DNA from: Dimorphilus gyrociliatus
Lineage: Eukaryota > Animalia > Annelida
Reading direction: 5' to 3'
Assembly (NCBI GenBank): GCA_904063045.1
Contig: CAJFCJ010000017.1
Span: forward strand, 186,001-250,000
DNA length: 64,000 bases
Shown: in pieces, positions 1-13,525 of the stretch
How the letters are laid out: the number at the start of each line of letters is the position of its first letter
Position numbering within the stretch: the stretch's first letter is position 1
Made by a program: the position numbers and the translations under genes
The notes under the pieces: generated by a model
Told to the model about the DNA's origin: nothing
Databases searched by the model: none
What the model saw: the letters and a program-made list of their open reading frames with translations, nothing else

Positions 1-1680
1 AAAGATTTCAAGGAAGAAGATTGCAGACCAGAATGTGAAAATGGAAAGAAATTCTGTATGAGAAGAAAGGCTTGCATCGATGAAGCAAGTTACAAAGAAG
101 ATGACTGCAAACCAATGCCACAATGTGGTCAAGATGAAAAGTATTGCATGAAGACCAAGGCATGTGTAGCTGTTAAAGATTTCAAGGAAGAAGATTGCAG
201 ACCAGAATGTGAAAATGGAAAGAAATTCTGTATGAGAAGAAAGGCTTGCATCGATGAAGCAAGTTACAAAGAAGACGACTGCAAACCAATGCCACAATGT
301 GGTCAAGATGAAAAGTATTGCATGAAGACCAAGGCATGTGTTGCTGTTAAAGATTTCAAGGAAGAAGATTGCAGACCAGAATGTGAAAATGGAAAGAAAT
401 TCTGTATGAGAAGAAAGGCTTGCATCGATGAAGCAAGTTACAAAGAAGACGACTGCAAACCAATGCCACAATGTGGTCAAGATGAAAAGTATTGCATGAA
501 GACCAAGGCATGTGTTGCTGTTAAAGATTTCAAGGAAGAAGATTGCAGACCAGAATGTGAAAATGGAAAGAAATTCTGTATGAGAAGAAAGGCTTGCATT
601 GATGAATCAAGCTATAAAGAAGATGACTGCAAACTAATGCCACAATGTGGTCAGGATAAAAAGTATTGCATGAAGACAAAAGAATGTGTTGCTGTTAAAG
701 ATTTCAAGGAAGAAGATTGCAGACCAGAATGTGAAAATGGAAAGAAATTCTGTATGAGAAGAAAGGCTTGCATCGATGAAGCAAGTTACAAAGAAGACGA
801 CTGCAAACCAATGCCACAATGTGGTCAAGATGAAAAGTATTGCATGAAGACCAAGGCATGTGTTGCTGTTAAAGATTTCAAGGAAGAAGATTGCAGACCA
901 GAATGTGAAAATGGAAAGAAATTCTGTATGAGAAGAAAGGCTTGCATTGATGAATCAAGCTATAAAGAAGATGACTGCAAACTAATGCCACAATGTGGTC
1001 AAGATGAAAAGTATTGCATGAAGACCAAGGCATGTGTTGCTGTTAAAGATTTCAAGGAAGAAGATTGCAGACCAGAATGTGAAAATGGAAAGAAATTCTG
1101 TATGAAAAGAAAGGCTTGCATTGATGAATCAAGCTATAAAGAAGATGACTGCAAACTAATGCCACAATGTGGTCAGGATAAAAAGTATTGCATGAAGACA
1201 AAAGAATGTGTTGCTGTTAAAGATTTCAAGGAAGAAGATTGCAGACCAGAATGTGAAAATGGAAAGAAATTCTGTATGAGGAGAAAGGCTTGTATTGATG
1301 AAGCAACATACAAGGAAGATGACTGCAAGCCAATTACTGAGTGCACTTCAGATGAAAAGTATTGCATGAAGACCAAGGCGTGTGTTGCTGTGAAAGATTT
1401 TAAGGAGGAAGACTGTAGAGTTGAATGTGAAAATGGAAAGAAATTTTGTATGAGAAGGAAGGCTTGCATTGACGAAGCAACCTATAAAGAAGATGACTGC
1501 AAACCGATTACTCAGTGTGCTCAAGACGAAAAGTACTGCATGAAAACAAAGAAATGCGTTGCTCAGGAAGATTATAAGGAAGTTGATTGTAAAGCAATAG
1601 CGAATTGTGGTTCAAATGAAAAATTTTGTTTGAAAACTAAGAAATGTATTGCTGTTGAATTGTTCAAGGAAGAAGATTGC
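1..1680 (+). repeat. Coding tandem repeat, 174-bp (58-aa) unit, about 9.5 copies visible
   Basis: aaagattt(c/t)aagga recurs at 1, 175, 349, 523, 697, 871, 1045, 1219 and 1393. Each unit has two 4-Cys subunits (CENGKKFCMRRKACIDEASYKEDDC and CGQDEKYCMKTKACVAVKDFKEEDC). Confidence 0.97.
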
Positions 1681-4600
1681 AAAACTGTTTCGCTGATTTG
1701 CCCTGTTGTTGCAGGAGGTAAAGATGCTGGAACTTGTGGTGCAGTTTGCAAAGATGAGAATGATTGCGGTGCAGGAAAAATTTGTTGTACTAGTGCATGC
1801 GGTGGAAAGACTTGTACTGATGGAGAAAATAGTAATAAACCCATTGGTTTATTAATATATAAAAATGATAAAACAACGTTAGAGTCTTTGGTTTCGAGCA
1901 TTAAAGTTGTTGGTGGAGAAGCCAATAATCTTCTTTTTAAACTAAAGTCGAAGACCTCAGTGTCTCTAAGTGTTACTGAAAAAGATTCAACTAATAATGA
2001 ATTTTTGTCAGCGGCTGGCGAATTGTCAGTAACTGGAAAACACGGATGGTATTCCTATTCTCTAGAAATCTATACACCCAACAAAGTTCTAGCGAGAGAG
2101 ATGGATGTAATGATTTTAAAGTTCCCTGTGAACCAGAAGCCGGTATTGACCCTCAAGAAAAATGTTATTAATACTGATGAAGATTCTGAATCGGATGATC
2201 TTAACATTGAGTCTTTCTTTGATATTGAAGACAACGAAATCAAGCCTGCTGAAAGTTGGGATGAAACAAAATACGGAAAGATGTCTCCTGCAGCTAAGAA
2301 ATATGAAGTACTTTATCATAGAGAGGTTGAATTAGCTTCGAAAGCAAAAGAGAATGCTATATTTATAATGCAATTTCCAAGAGTTCAAAATGTCAAGAAT
2401 ATAAAATCTAGTCTATTCGTAAAGGACAGCAAAGGCGCAAGACGAAAGTTATCAATGGTTGGAGGCGTTGTCAAATCTTCTGATAAGTTAATTGTCAAAC
2501 CTGTTGAAAATTTCCATGGTGAATTTAAATTGAGCGTCTATCCTGTTGACGATAGCGGTCGAAGAGAAATAGCAAATTATGTAAGATCATCAAAAATCAA
2601 TGAACTATTTGAATTTTTAAAATCTAGCGTTCATGTTGGTGTTGCTAAGTTAATTGTAGTAAAAGTAGCTCAGTCCAATGATTCTCCTTACTTTTTGAAA
2701 AATGACAACTTCTTTAGTCTTTATAAAAATCCAGCAACGGCTGTAAAAGACCTTTTTGTTCCTGAAAAGAATGACAATTATCAAGGAGCAACTGCAAAAT
2801 CTATTGTTAATAGTTTCTATGGCGACGAAGAGACTAAAGATCTTGGAATGGCTGTGTTTATGGCGCAAGAGAGTACCGTTTATGGTAATTTTGAGTATCA
2901 GAAAGATGGAGGAGCGTGGACGAAACTTATTGTCGGTTCAGATTTAACATATCTCACTATTGATTCATATAGAAGAGTTATAGCACCATTACTCTTCAAA
3001 CTACAAGGCAGCAGTGTGGTCAATTCTCGTACAATGTTGAATGACGTTTTACCTAAATTAAGCACTAAAAGTGATAAGATAACATTGGTATATTTGAAAC
3101 CTAACGACAGAATTAGATATTTACCAAAAGATTGGTCAGTTATTTTTCCATTAATGTTTCCATTGTTTGATAATATTAATTGTATTTTAGGTCTGCTTCT
3201 TGGGAGAAGAAGAAAATTGCTCATTTTGGCTTTTATGCTTGGGATATGAATAATAAAACTCCTACAGAATCGATTGATGGACCTCTTTGTAAATCTGACT
3301 TATGCGGTGGAAAAGGCACTCTAAGTTTCCTTCCTGTTCTTAGCTTAGCTCAAAAGGTGGACTGCAATGGAGTGCCAGGAGGTAGTATTAAACGTGATAA
3401 ATGCGATAAATGTGCAGGAGGAAATGAATGCTTGAAGAAAGACTGTAACGGAGAAGTAAAGGGAACTGCTTTCATTGACTTATGTGGAAACTGTGTTGGC
3501 GGTAGTACAACTAAAAAGCCTAATTACGCCAGAGATTGTTCAGGAAGGTGCAATGGTAATTTCACATTAATCTCCTTCCAGACAGATAAAGGAGAAGAAA
3601 AGATTTGTCTCGAGTAACTTATCTCTTTTACCTTTCTCATCATTCATATTCATTTATATATCTTTATTTTGAACAGTAAAAATACAAACACTACAAAATT
3701 CCTATTCTCGAGGTGGTGTGACGGTAAATTCAAGAGTTCAGCAAGATTAAACAAATGTAAAAAATGCTTTGGGGGAAGTACAGGACTAACAAATACAGCA
3801 GGAATGGATGTTTGCGGAATTTGTGGAGGAGATGGAAAATCTTGTTTAGATTGTAAGGGAACAGTTAGAGGAACTGCAACAGTAGATAAATGTAATAAAT
3901 GCAAAGAAGCGAAAGATAAAACCAGAGATACCGACTGTATAAGTCTATTCTCGATAAAGCCTATGAATTTATTTTATACGAAGAAAGATAAGCTGATTAT
4001 CACTGGAGTTGGCATCAATTTATTCAAAACAGTTGAAAAGTGTTCACTCTCAAGTCAATCTGATTCTAACAAAGTTAATTTACTAGATTCAAAAATAGTT
4101 AATATAAATGGGGAAACCGTTGTAGTCGCCAATTACGATGGATCAGCAGCAGCAGGAACATATAAAGCTGAATGTCTTTTTAAAGGAGACACAGAGAAAA
4201 CTCTAACCTCTGAGAAGACAATCGTTTTAATAGGAAATCCGAAAGTTACCAAATTCAGTGTAAAATCTATCCAAAGAGGTTCATCTGACGTTCAAACTGG
4301 CATGGCTACTGTTGAAGATACACTTGAAAATCCAGTGTGTTTCTTCATTTGTCCTCCAAATTCAAAATCTCTACCATTTTGCGCAGCAAGAACAAAATTC
4401 AGTAAATTCGTAGAAAAGAATCATTTGGTTCTTATAGGCTGTAAAAAAAAAGAAGATACCAAGTTGGAAATTAATTTGAGAATGTTCTTAAAGATTCAAC
4501 CGACCTCATTAAATATTAATATTGCTAATATCTTACCAACATCCGCTAGTGAACTTCAAGGGTACGACGTGCTAAGGTTTATAGTATTATAGTATTATTA

Positions 4601-7600
4601 ATATGAGTGAATTTTCTTTCAGAACTCCATCTGTTTCGCTTAAAGTAATTGGAACGCCTCCATCTGTGAAATCTGTTAGATTTAGCTCTAATTTATGTTA
4701 TCTGTTTGTTAAATTTGATAAAGTCATTGAAATTAAGGGAAGAGATTGTATATCGAAGAAGGCAGATTATAAAGAATGCTGCAAAGCTATGTGGAAATCG
4801 GCAGACTTGGATAAATTCGGAACAGGAGCTGAATGCTTATTAACCAATAATGGCGAATTGGCAATAAGACTTGGAAAGGAGAATAGAAATCTTGTATCTG
4901 GTACAACTTTAAGTTTAATTGACGATATTATTAAAGAGAGAGGAGTCGATGATTCTGTTGCAGCTTATCTTACATCACAAACAATCGATATACCTGATAT
5001 TAAAGGAAAACTCTTTGCTACTCTTATAGCACCAGAAAAAGTTGGAGGAGATTCCAACGTCAACATTAGAGCAAAGGTAGGTGGAGCTCAAGGATGTACA
5101 AAGTTAAATTACGAATGGACACTGGAATTTATCACTGGTCAGAATCCTAATGCCGATGCTCAGACAAAGCTTGATTCCACTAAATCTAACCTGAAAAACA
5201 CTGGAGAAGTTAGTCTTGGAGGTAGCGACTTGGCTCCAGGCTATAACTATAAAATTACATTAAAAGCAACAAATTTCATTGGAACATCCATTACGAAAAC
5301 GGCTGAATTTGAGAAAGCAACAGAGGATCTACCTATTTCTGTTAATTTAATAGCACCAGATCAAGCGGTTGATCCAAAATCCAACTTCCGCCTTAGTACT
5401 TCAATAATTGTTGAGAAAACTTTATCCAAAGTTCGATACAGTTATTCAGTAATGAATTCGATAGATTTCAAATTAGATTTTGCCAGAAGTAGAGTAGTTA
5501 ATCTAAACGGCAGGAAATTAAAATTGCAGGGAGGAAAGACCTACGAAGTACAAGTTACCGTTGATTATGAATTCAAACAAGGTAACGCTGTTAAATCTGG
5601 ATCTTTAACAGCTAGTGCTAAGTTTGAAACAAAAATACTACCACTTGTTGTCCTACTAAAAGGAAAAGGCAAAATGGAAGAATCCGCAACTGAAAGCTTA
5701 GACGGTAGCTTATCTTTTGATCCTAATGTTGCCGGAGGATCTTTAACTGATGCTATCTACGAGTGGACTTGCGAAAAGACAGATGAAGGCACGGGAGGAC
5801 TTTGCTATGACGTTGATGGAAATGTCTATACCAAGGAAAAATTCGACAATAGTTTAGAGATTTCTGGAAGTAAATTAGGACAAGGAAAATATAAATTCTG
5901 TTTAAAAATTCAAAAGGATACTATAAAAACTTCCAACTGCAAAGAAATTGAAATAGTTAAAGAGCCGGCTCCTGTACTCCTGGATTATGAATTGAAAAGC
6001 TTTTCAACGAGTGCCACAATTAAAGCAAAAGTTGAATCGAAGAAACCAGCTGCCGTTAGTTGGTCGGCTTTGTTCGAAGATGGTTTGTTAATCATTTACT
6101 TTAAATTGTTCTCACTATACAGCATATTAATAATTATTCATTGTCATTGTTGCTATAGGTACAACAGTAGCAAGTATAGCTCACAGCCGTGAAATATCGA
6201 CAACCGACGAAAAGCCAGATTGTATATTTTACGGTCCTCAAGTAATCGGAAAAGAAATGCAACAGGCTCGTGTATGGCTTAAATGTCAATCGTTAAAGAT
6301 CAATGCCGTTTATAAGATAAAACTGGAAATATTCCGTATTGATGAAAATGGAGAACAGATAGAATCGGAAAATGAACAGGATGCAAACAGTTTATTTGAT
6401 GAAGAAGAATTTGAGATAATTACTCCCGGAGCACCAGAAATATTGGATATTTCTGTGGATAAAAAGACTGCTCAAGAAATAACAGAAGAAATTAAAGCTA
6501 CTGTTAATGCCATTGACGATGAAGAAAATCTACCTCTCCGATTTAGTCTTGAGATATGCGACGAGGATGATAATTGTCGAATGATATCACCGAATTCTCC
6601 AAAGGAACAGCATCAATTTACTCTTCCTAAGGGTAAATTCAGATACGGTTATACAGTTTGTAATAGATTTGACATTTGTACCCAAAAACAATCGGATGTT
6701 GGTGATGTTATTGATGTGACAGCTTTAAATCTTGACAAAACATCAGCGGCCGATCTGGATCTTGAAGGTTTAGCAGAATCTTCCGAAGATCCTTTAGCAG
6801 CATTAAACAATTTCGTTTCGGGTTCAATTGGCGAAAAAGGAAAAACGAATCCAGAATTTGCAGAGGCCATTGAGAACGTAAAGTCATCTGTTGTCAGCGG
6901 AAGTTTAGATAAATTAGATACAAGCAATCCAAAAGAAGGAGCTAACCAATTAGCTAAAGTTTTAGACAAAAGGTTCCTACCTAAAGTAATTTCAAAAGAA
7001 ATAGTAGATAAGCTTGTGAAAGGACTTGAAGATTTATTAGAGAGTCTTTTCCCCAAACCATCGAATTCATTGAGGAAAAAGAGAGCAACCTCGACTAGTC
7101 CAACAAAAGATCCAATGACTGCTTCACAAGTTAAGACTTTCATCGACAGTCAAGATATTGAACTTAAACAGAGTTTAACATCGGCTAACAGTAAAGATTT
7201 CCAAGAAAATGTGAAGAAATACGTCATCGGTATGTGCAGAGGACCAATTATTGATCAAGACGCAATTGTTGCCGAAGCCGATTTAGCCACGATTAGATTA
7301 AAGAAGAGAAACTTTAATGATATTTCAAGTATGTGGTTGGACGCCGCTTGTCAAAATTGTACAAACGACGCTAAAATTAAACTAGATAACGAAACGGAAG
7401 ACGAACTTAAACAATGGAATTGTTCAGCCGGTACTTGCTTGGGCGCTTGTATTGGTAGTGTTGCTATAACTCGGGATGTTATTAGTATTTCTACAACGGC
7501 GCTTGCTCCGTTAAATAGTCCTCTTAAGTCCAACATCATGGCTCTTTTCTTACTCAACTACGAAACTGAAAACTTTGTTGCAGTTTCCAATTCAAAGGTA

Positions 7601-9170
7601 CAAATCAAAGTTCCAGTTGTCGGAACAGTAAATAATTCGTTTTCGTTGGAATGTCGTTTCTGGGAATCAGGCAAATGGAATAATAGTATTTGTTCTAGTG
7701 GTAGTGTAATGACACAAAATGGTTCATCTTCAGTTATTTGTACATGTTCCATGTACAATTCTTACGTTGCGTTGTTCGAAGCTCCACTAGAAGAGACAAC
7801 AACTGATGCAATGACAACTGCCGCGGCAATGATTTCAACTGAAGAAATGACAACCCAAGCTGTTAACCCATCAAAAGCTCAAACAGTAGGCCAAACTAAG
7901 AGTGGTCAAACGGATAAGAATAATGTGGATATTACTACTGAAGCAAATCATGAAATTCATATTGATGCTGATAAAGTAAAAGCTCAATTCTCATTGAACG
8001 CTGATTACAATACAATAGTTCAAGATAAAGCAGCTTTTGAAACTAGTATGGTAGACCAATTGGCTGTTCAATTATCAATTAATAAGGATAGAATCTCTGG
8101 TCTATCGGTTGAAAAGGGCAGTATTATAGTCATTTTCAGCATTCTTAAAGGATCTTCAGGTCCAACATTAGGTCAAGTATTAACAAACCTTCAAACTAAG
8201 GTTACAAGTGCTCAACTAGTAATAAAATCGCCAAGTGGAGCAACTTTAGCTGTCATGCAAAATAGTTTTCATTATACACCACCTACGCCAGCACCAACGC
8301 CTTCAAAGAAGGACGATGATGATAACAGCAAAACCAAGACAATTATAATAGTCGTTTGCGTTTTAGTTGGTGTTTTATTGATTGTTGGTATAATTGTTGC
8401 AGTTTGTTTGGTTCAAAAGAATAACCAACAACAGAAAAAGATACCTTCTTATAACGATCAAGCTTCTCATAGGCCATTAACTGGTAGTAGACCACCTCCT
8501 TATCAAACTAATCCAACAGAAACTGGATATACGAATCAAGGCTTTGATACTAAATCCAAATCATTAGTTTCTCTATCAAATCTCAATAGCAAATCTGCTA
8601 GTCGCCCTCAAACAGCTGCCGATCCGGATAGACGATCTTTGTACAATGATTCTAGAACGCCAGCTCCTCTATCCGGTTCAACTTATGGTGCGTTAGCTCC
8701 ATTAGAAAGTGAAATAAGGGAACAGCCATCGTTAGCGCGACCTGGAAGTTCTGCGTCATCAACCAACTCAAGGTGTCCGTCCAGAGTAGGTACACCCGGT
8801 TCAGTTAGGCTAAACTCTGGCCTAGGAAGAATCTCACCTGGCCTACCCGGAACGCCAACAACTCCTAGAAGTGGTAAGTTATCGTAGAACTTGTTCAAAA
8901 TTGATGATTAAACGTTTTTTCTCTCTTATCAACAGCTTCAGGATCAAGACCACAGACAGCCCGTAAGTTGTTCTTTTTTATTGTAGATAATTAGCCACTT
9001 AGGAGAGGACTGACTATCCATTTTAAATGAAGTTTACATAGATAAATTACTCCGCATAGATAAAAAAAAGAGAGAGATATTAATTGCTATCTTTAAATAT
9101 TAACTTTTTTAATTAAACAGGTTCCGTTACTATTACTGGACACGGAGCAAATACTACTGAATATAATTAG
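1..9170 (+). CDS. Giant single-pass membrane protein, 5'-truncated (>2900 aa): Cys-rich repeats, WAP, cadherin-like, DCxG repeats, REJ, GPS-like, SEA-like, TM, Ser/Pro-rich tail (polycystin-1/REJ-like ectodomain)
   Basis: Frame open from base 1. Exons <1-3134, 3191-3613, 3677-4576, 4623-6082, 6159-8873, 8936-8962, 9121-9170 (TAG 9168-9170), joined by GT-AG introns of 56, 63, 46, 76, 62 and 158 bp, all phase-compatible; this unites five ORF-track entries. Motifs: WAP CP..C...C..END.C....CC...CGG..C (1699-1815); REJ-like SLDGSLSFDPN..YEWTC (~5695-5770); GPS-like CRFW..W...C...CTC (7652-7748); SEA-like GSIIVIF; TM IIIVVCVLVGVLLIVGIIVAVCLV (8342-8413). Confidence 0.85.
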
Positions 9171-9638
9171 GCGACATGGCCCTATATTTTAAATAGAAGA
9201 ATATTGAATTTATGGGCTAAATTTTAACCTTCTATCGTATTTTAAACGTTGCACAATACAAAAATATAAGGAATTTAACTGAAAAAAATCGTTTATCTTG
9301 TTAAAATTCACAAGATAAATTCAAGATTTCTACTTTTTTTTAAAAAAAAAAAAGAGAAGATAAAAAAAAAACTTTTTTCTAATCTTCACTTGAACGTTTT
9401 TTTTTTGTTTCTTAAATGTTGCACTTGAACAATACAGATATTCAAGCAATAATATATATTTTTCAGTAATAATTAATTTAGGCCTATGATTATTATTTAA
9501 AAACGCTAGATTTATTCTATTTTTCAATATATTCTCCAAGAAATCGTCAGCAAAAATGACGAAAAAAATCAGAATTTTCTACTTCAACGAAAAGTTAAAG
9601 TTCCTTCTTTGTTATCTAAAATTATTAATTGGTTCTTT

Positions 9639-11126
9639 CTAAAAATAGGACTGCATCTTTCCTCTTCTTCGTACATCGACAGTCCAACAATGAAACATTC
9701 CAAAAAGTTCCATAGCATGATCAAAAACTACTGGAATCGATTTTATACCATTTTCTTCCAATAACTGTTTTATTAAATGGAATATAAGTTAATTAATCAA
9801 TTAATTAGTTAATTAATTATTGAAAAAAAGAATATAATACCTTAACCAATTCTTGACTACCAGCTGGAACAATAGCTCTCTTTTCGTCCAACATTAAAAT
9901 GTTAACATTGATTTGAAGCCATCCAGTTTTGTAGAATCTATTTTGTATAATAAGAAAACAACGAAACAATTAGAAAGGAGTAAGGAATTCAAATGCAATA
10001 AGTAATTATTACCTGCTTGATGGATCCCATTTGGGTGGTGGAGCGGAAATAATTTTCCAGCCTGCCTTTTCAAAGAATGGCTGAACTGTAGTACTCTTAT
10101 CTCCGTGTTTGAGGACAAGACCAGGTTCTGTAATGCACGTAGATTAATAGACGCATTCTATGTAGTACAATTATTAAAAGGACGCTTACTCAGAGGCAAG
10201 AATGTTCCGTCAGAGTGCCAAGAGTAAGGATCATCGGTAATAAACCAATGAAGATTAAAATTTGGTTCCAAATGTCTCTTAAGCCATTCGTAACCAGACC
10301 AATTGGTAACGTGACTAATTTGAATGAAAGCATCCTTTCCACATCTTATAATATCAGCAGCATCAAAAACAGGTTCAGCTTCGGTTAAAATAAACTTTCC
10401 TTTCCTATTAAGATCTTTTCTAAGTTCAATATTTTCCATAGGATAGTTTTCGTCGTAGAGACGATCACTCATAGTGGGTTTTGGTGCAACAGTCCATTTC
10501 GCTCCATTCTTAAAGTATTCAATTAATAAATTCTTATATGGTCTAGATTCGAAATATCTTGATCTCCAGCTCATAGTACTTTCAATGATTTCATTACCAA
10601 AGATAATAACGCTATCTCTAGGACAAGCTTGGGTAAATCCACTTTCAGTAAAATCTGGAGTTTTATAACCCTCTACTTCTGACCATTGGACAGCCAGATC
10701 ACCTCTTCTGACTTTTACACCCTCCTGTTCAAGAATATGTACAAGATGAGCAACTTCCTTCTCGGCGCCTATAAATCAATCATTCAGTTGTTGTAATAAG
10801 ACTTATTTTCACTTCCGTATTTATTGTAACTTACCCTCAATTGTCTCGGCTGGATAAGGCTGATTCTCATGTTCATACATATGCTCGTACCATTCTGGCT
10901 GCAAAGTAGCCTTAACTTCTGGTCTCATTTTTGGATACTTTGCTCCATCAGGTCTTCCAACAATAACTTCCTCCAGAGGATCCCATTCGTTAAAACAGTT
11001 GACAGGCGACTCTTCAGGTTTCGGAAACGTAAGAGGAACAGCCTCAGTAGTAAGACATCTCAAAGACGACTTATGAAGGTTTAATTTTCCTTTAAGAAGA
11101 TTTCCAATTCTGGCTGCTGTTAGCAT
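9639..11126 (-). CDS. GATM: Glycine amidinotransferase-like (AGAT/GATM family), 402 aa, with N-terminal mitochondrial-type presequence
   Basis: Exons 11126-10835, 10768-10190, 10127-10013, 9937-9841, 9764-9639, all GT-AG and in phase. Motifs: NEWDPLEEVIVGR, CPRD, GNEIIE, FDAADIIRCGKD, HSDGTF, MLDEKR, FHCWTVDVRRRG. Confidence 0.92.
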
Positions 11127-13525
11127 GTTGATTTCTGGAAGAGAAAGAAATTACCTAACATTCAGATAATTTATCACTGGTGTTAAATTTTAATCTGAAA
11201 GCTAACACTACTCAAAGGTCAATTTTCAACAATCGAAGAAAGAAAACAATTATCTTGTAAGAGATCTCTTCCACCTATTTTTTTTTTATATTTAAATAAA
11301 GATTTAATAGCCAGAAACAAAGAAGATAACAAAGAGTCAAATTTGCCTCTTTAAAAGAAGAAAAATGACCTATAAAATTACATTGAAGAATATTTAAATA
11401 AGCTAAAACCAAGGTTGACAACCTAGTTGAAATGACAAATATATCAGTTTGTCTTCCAAAAAAAAATATATATTATATATATATTTGGCCAATTCTTCAT
11501 TCTTTCACTCTTTTCAATACAGATTATTTAAATAGTCTCATAAAAATTCTTCTATTCTTTTTACTCTTGAAGAACACTAATTACCCTCTCTTGACCTCTC
11601 TCTCTCTCTCTCACTCTCATTCTCATTCTCATTCTTACGATTATTCTCTTTAAACTAGAAGAATAGAAAGATGGAGAGAAACAGATTCTGAATATACTTT
11701 AGAATCAGTTTAAATTCTCTATATTTCTAAGAATAAACCTAAAAACCTTTCACCATGAATCATTCAAAGTATCAATTTTGACTTAATCGTTAAACATTAA
11801 AGTTGATGCTTTTATTTGAAAAAATAATTCGCTTTTCTTTCTTTTAAAGAAGTGAAAAAAGAGAAGAGAAAATGAAAGAATTGAATAAAATTAACAAAGA
11901 ATTATTTAAAGTTTAACACGTTTTTATAGAAATAGTTTCTTCTTTTATACCTGTTCACTGTTCTAGCCTCAGCTTACAACTGAAAGAATTGTCTCTCTTC
12001 CAACTATTAGGAAGACCCAGGTGGCGCTCAAAACATATATCACCCTATACCTAAGAAAATGGACAAAATGTAAAAAATATCGTTTCCTTCAGCTTTCTCT
12101 CTCTCTTCGTTTTTTATTTAAAAAGATATTGAAAATTATTCTTGTCTCTCTATTTTCTTTGTTTACCCAAAAGCAAAAGCTATATTACAGAACTATCTTG
12201 TTCTTGTTCTTCATATTCTTATTGTTGTTGTTCTTCTTCTTCCTCTTTGTCTTTCATAGTTAAACCAGAAGAACTTGAATTGAAATCTCTTAAGTTTTTA
12301 AGGACAATTAAATAAAAGCTAATAGCATTGATAGTAGAGAGATGGTCTGTTTTTTGTATTAGTTTGTTAAAAATAATGTAATATGAATTTTTCATTTAGA
12401 TATTATATTATGCCATATTATATTATTATAAAAAGAACATTGTCTTTTTTTTCGGTAGAGGGAGCCAATAGTTTTTTTTTTTAACACGCCTAACAATGAA
12501 CTTTAAGCCATGGTCTATTGTATTCGTCTATGTTGAAAGGCACGTAGAGACCCTTACCCCCTCTTACGTAATTAAGGATCGATTGTATAATTAACCGATA
12601 AAGAAACAATAGTACTAAAATTGGCAAACTTTCAATCAAAAGAATAATATATGTATATATATATAGGCTTATTGGTCAAACAGTTAATCGAAATAATCAT
12701 AGATATATGTCATTTTGTAATAAAAGAAAAGAGGAGACATACATCTAAACAGCAAAGCTATAGGAAACTTTGAAGAGACAGAAAGAAAAATTTCATTAAT
12801 ATTAACAGATATCTGAAAAGTATGCGATAGACAAGGAATTTTTGTAAAAGTAGAACATAAGGAGGACAATTAGCTAGAACAAGTTCACTCCTTCTTGTAA
12901 ACAGATAATAATAAAAAAAAAGACCAAGCGGATCACGCGATGAAAGTACTGTAAAATTTAATTGATGCTACAAAATATGATGTATAAATATCATAAAGGA
13001 AGGTATATTGTATATACTAATATATATATATATTAAGATATTAAGACGGCTCTGACCATACTTTGTGGCGTTTATAGCCTACGTACTTTATACAATCAAC
13101 CGACATAGCTACTCGCAGATGTAATAGACACATATAATAGTCGATGGAAATAGATACTTTCTTTCGTTTTTTGCCTCAACTAATCTCTTATTGTTAATAG
13201 AATGACTACAAAAGACGAATTAATAATTATAATAAATAATAACAATAACATTCTATTTGAGACTAATATAAATGAATGATTGATTAAATATCATCGAAAA
13301 CGTGTCTTATTCCTACTAGCGATTGCGTAATTTGTGATAATAAAGTTCTAGTCTCAGTTCAGAAACAGACATGAGATGTTAAGATTCAGGTATAAAGATC
13401 ACCTGATCTCAAATTATCTGAACAGCCTTCACCTTTCTATCTTATCTATAGGGTCGGGAGATAGCTTCAGTTGCGTAGACTAGAGCAAATTTTCTCTAAC
13501 TTCAATTGAGCTTACGCCTTCAGAC

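Noticed and set aside
1-1680. Regular repeat array as a CRISPR or non-coding satellite
   Set aside because: No spacers; the units are in-frame coding repeats in a eukaryotic exon.
3135-6158. Frameshifted pseudogene or several separate genes, as suggested by the split ORF track
   Set aside because: Every break is explained by a short phase-compatible GT-AG intron; the ORF-track C-termini are intron read-through.
634-8898. Minus-strand ORFs overlapping the giant gene, and similar shadow ORFs over CNT, NLR, GPCR and gag
   Set aside because: Antisense shadows of real CDS with no motifs.
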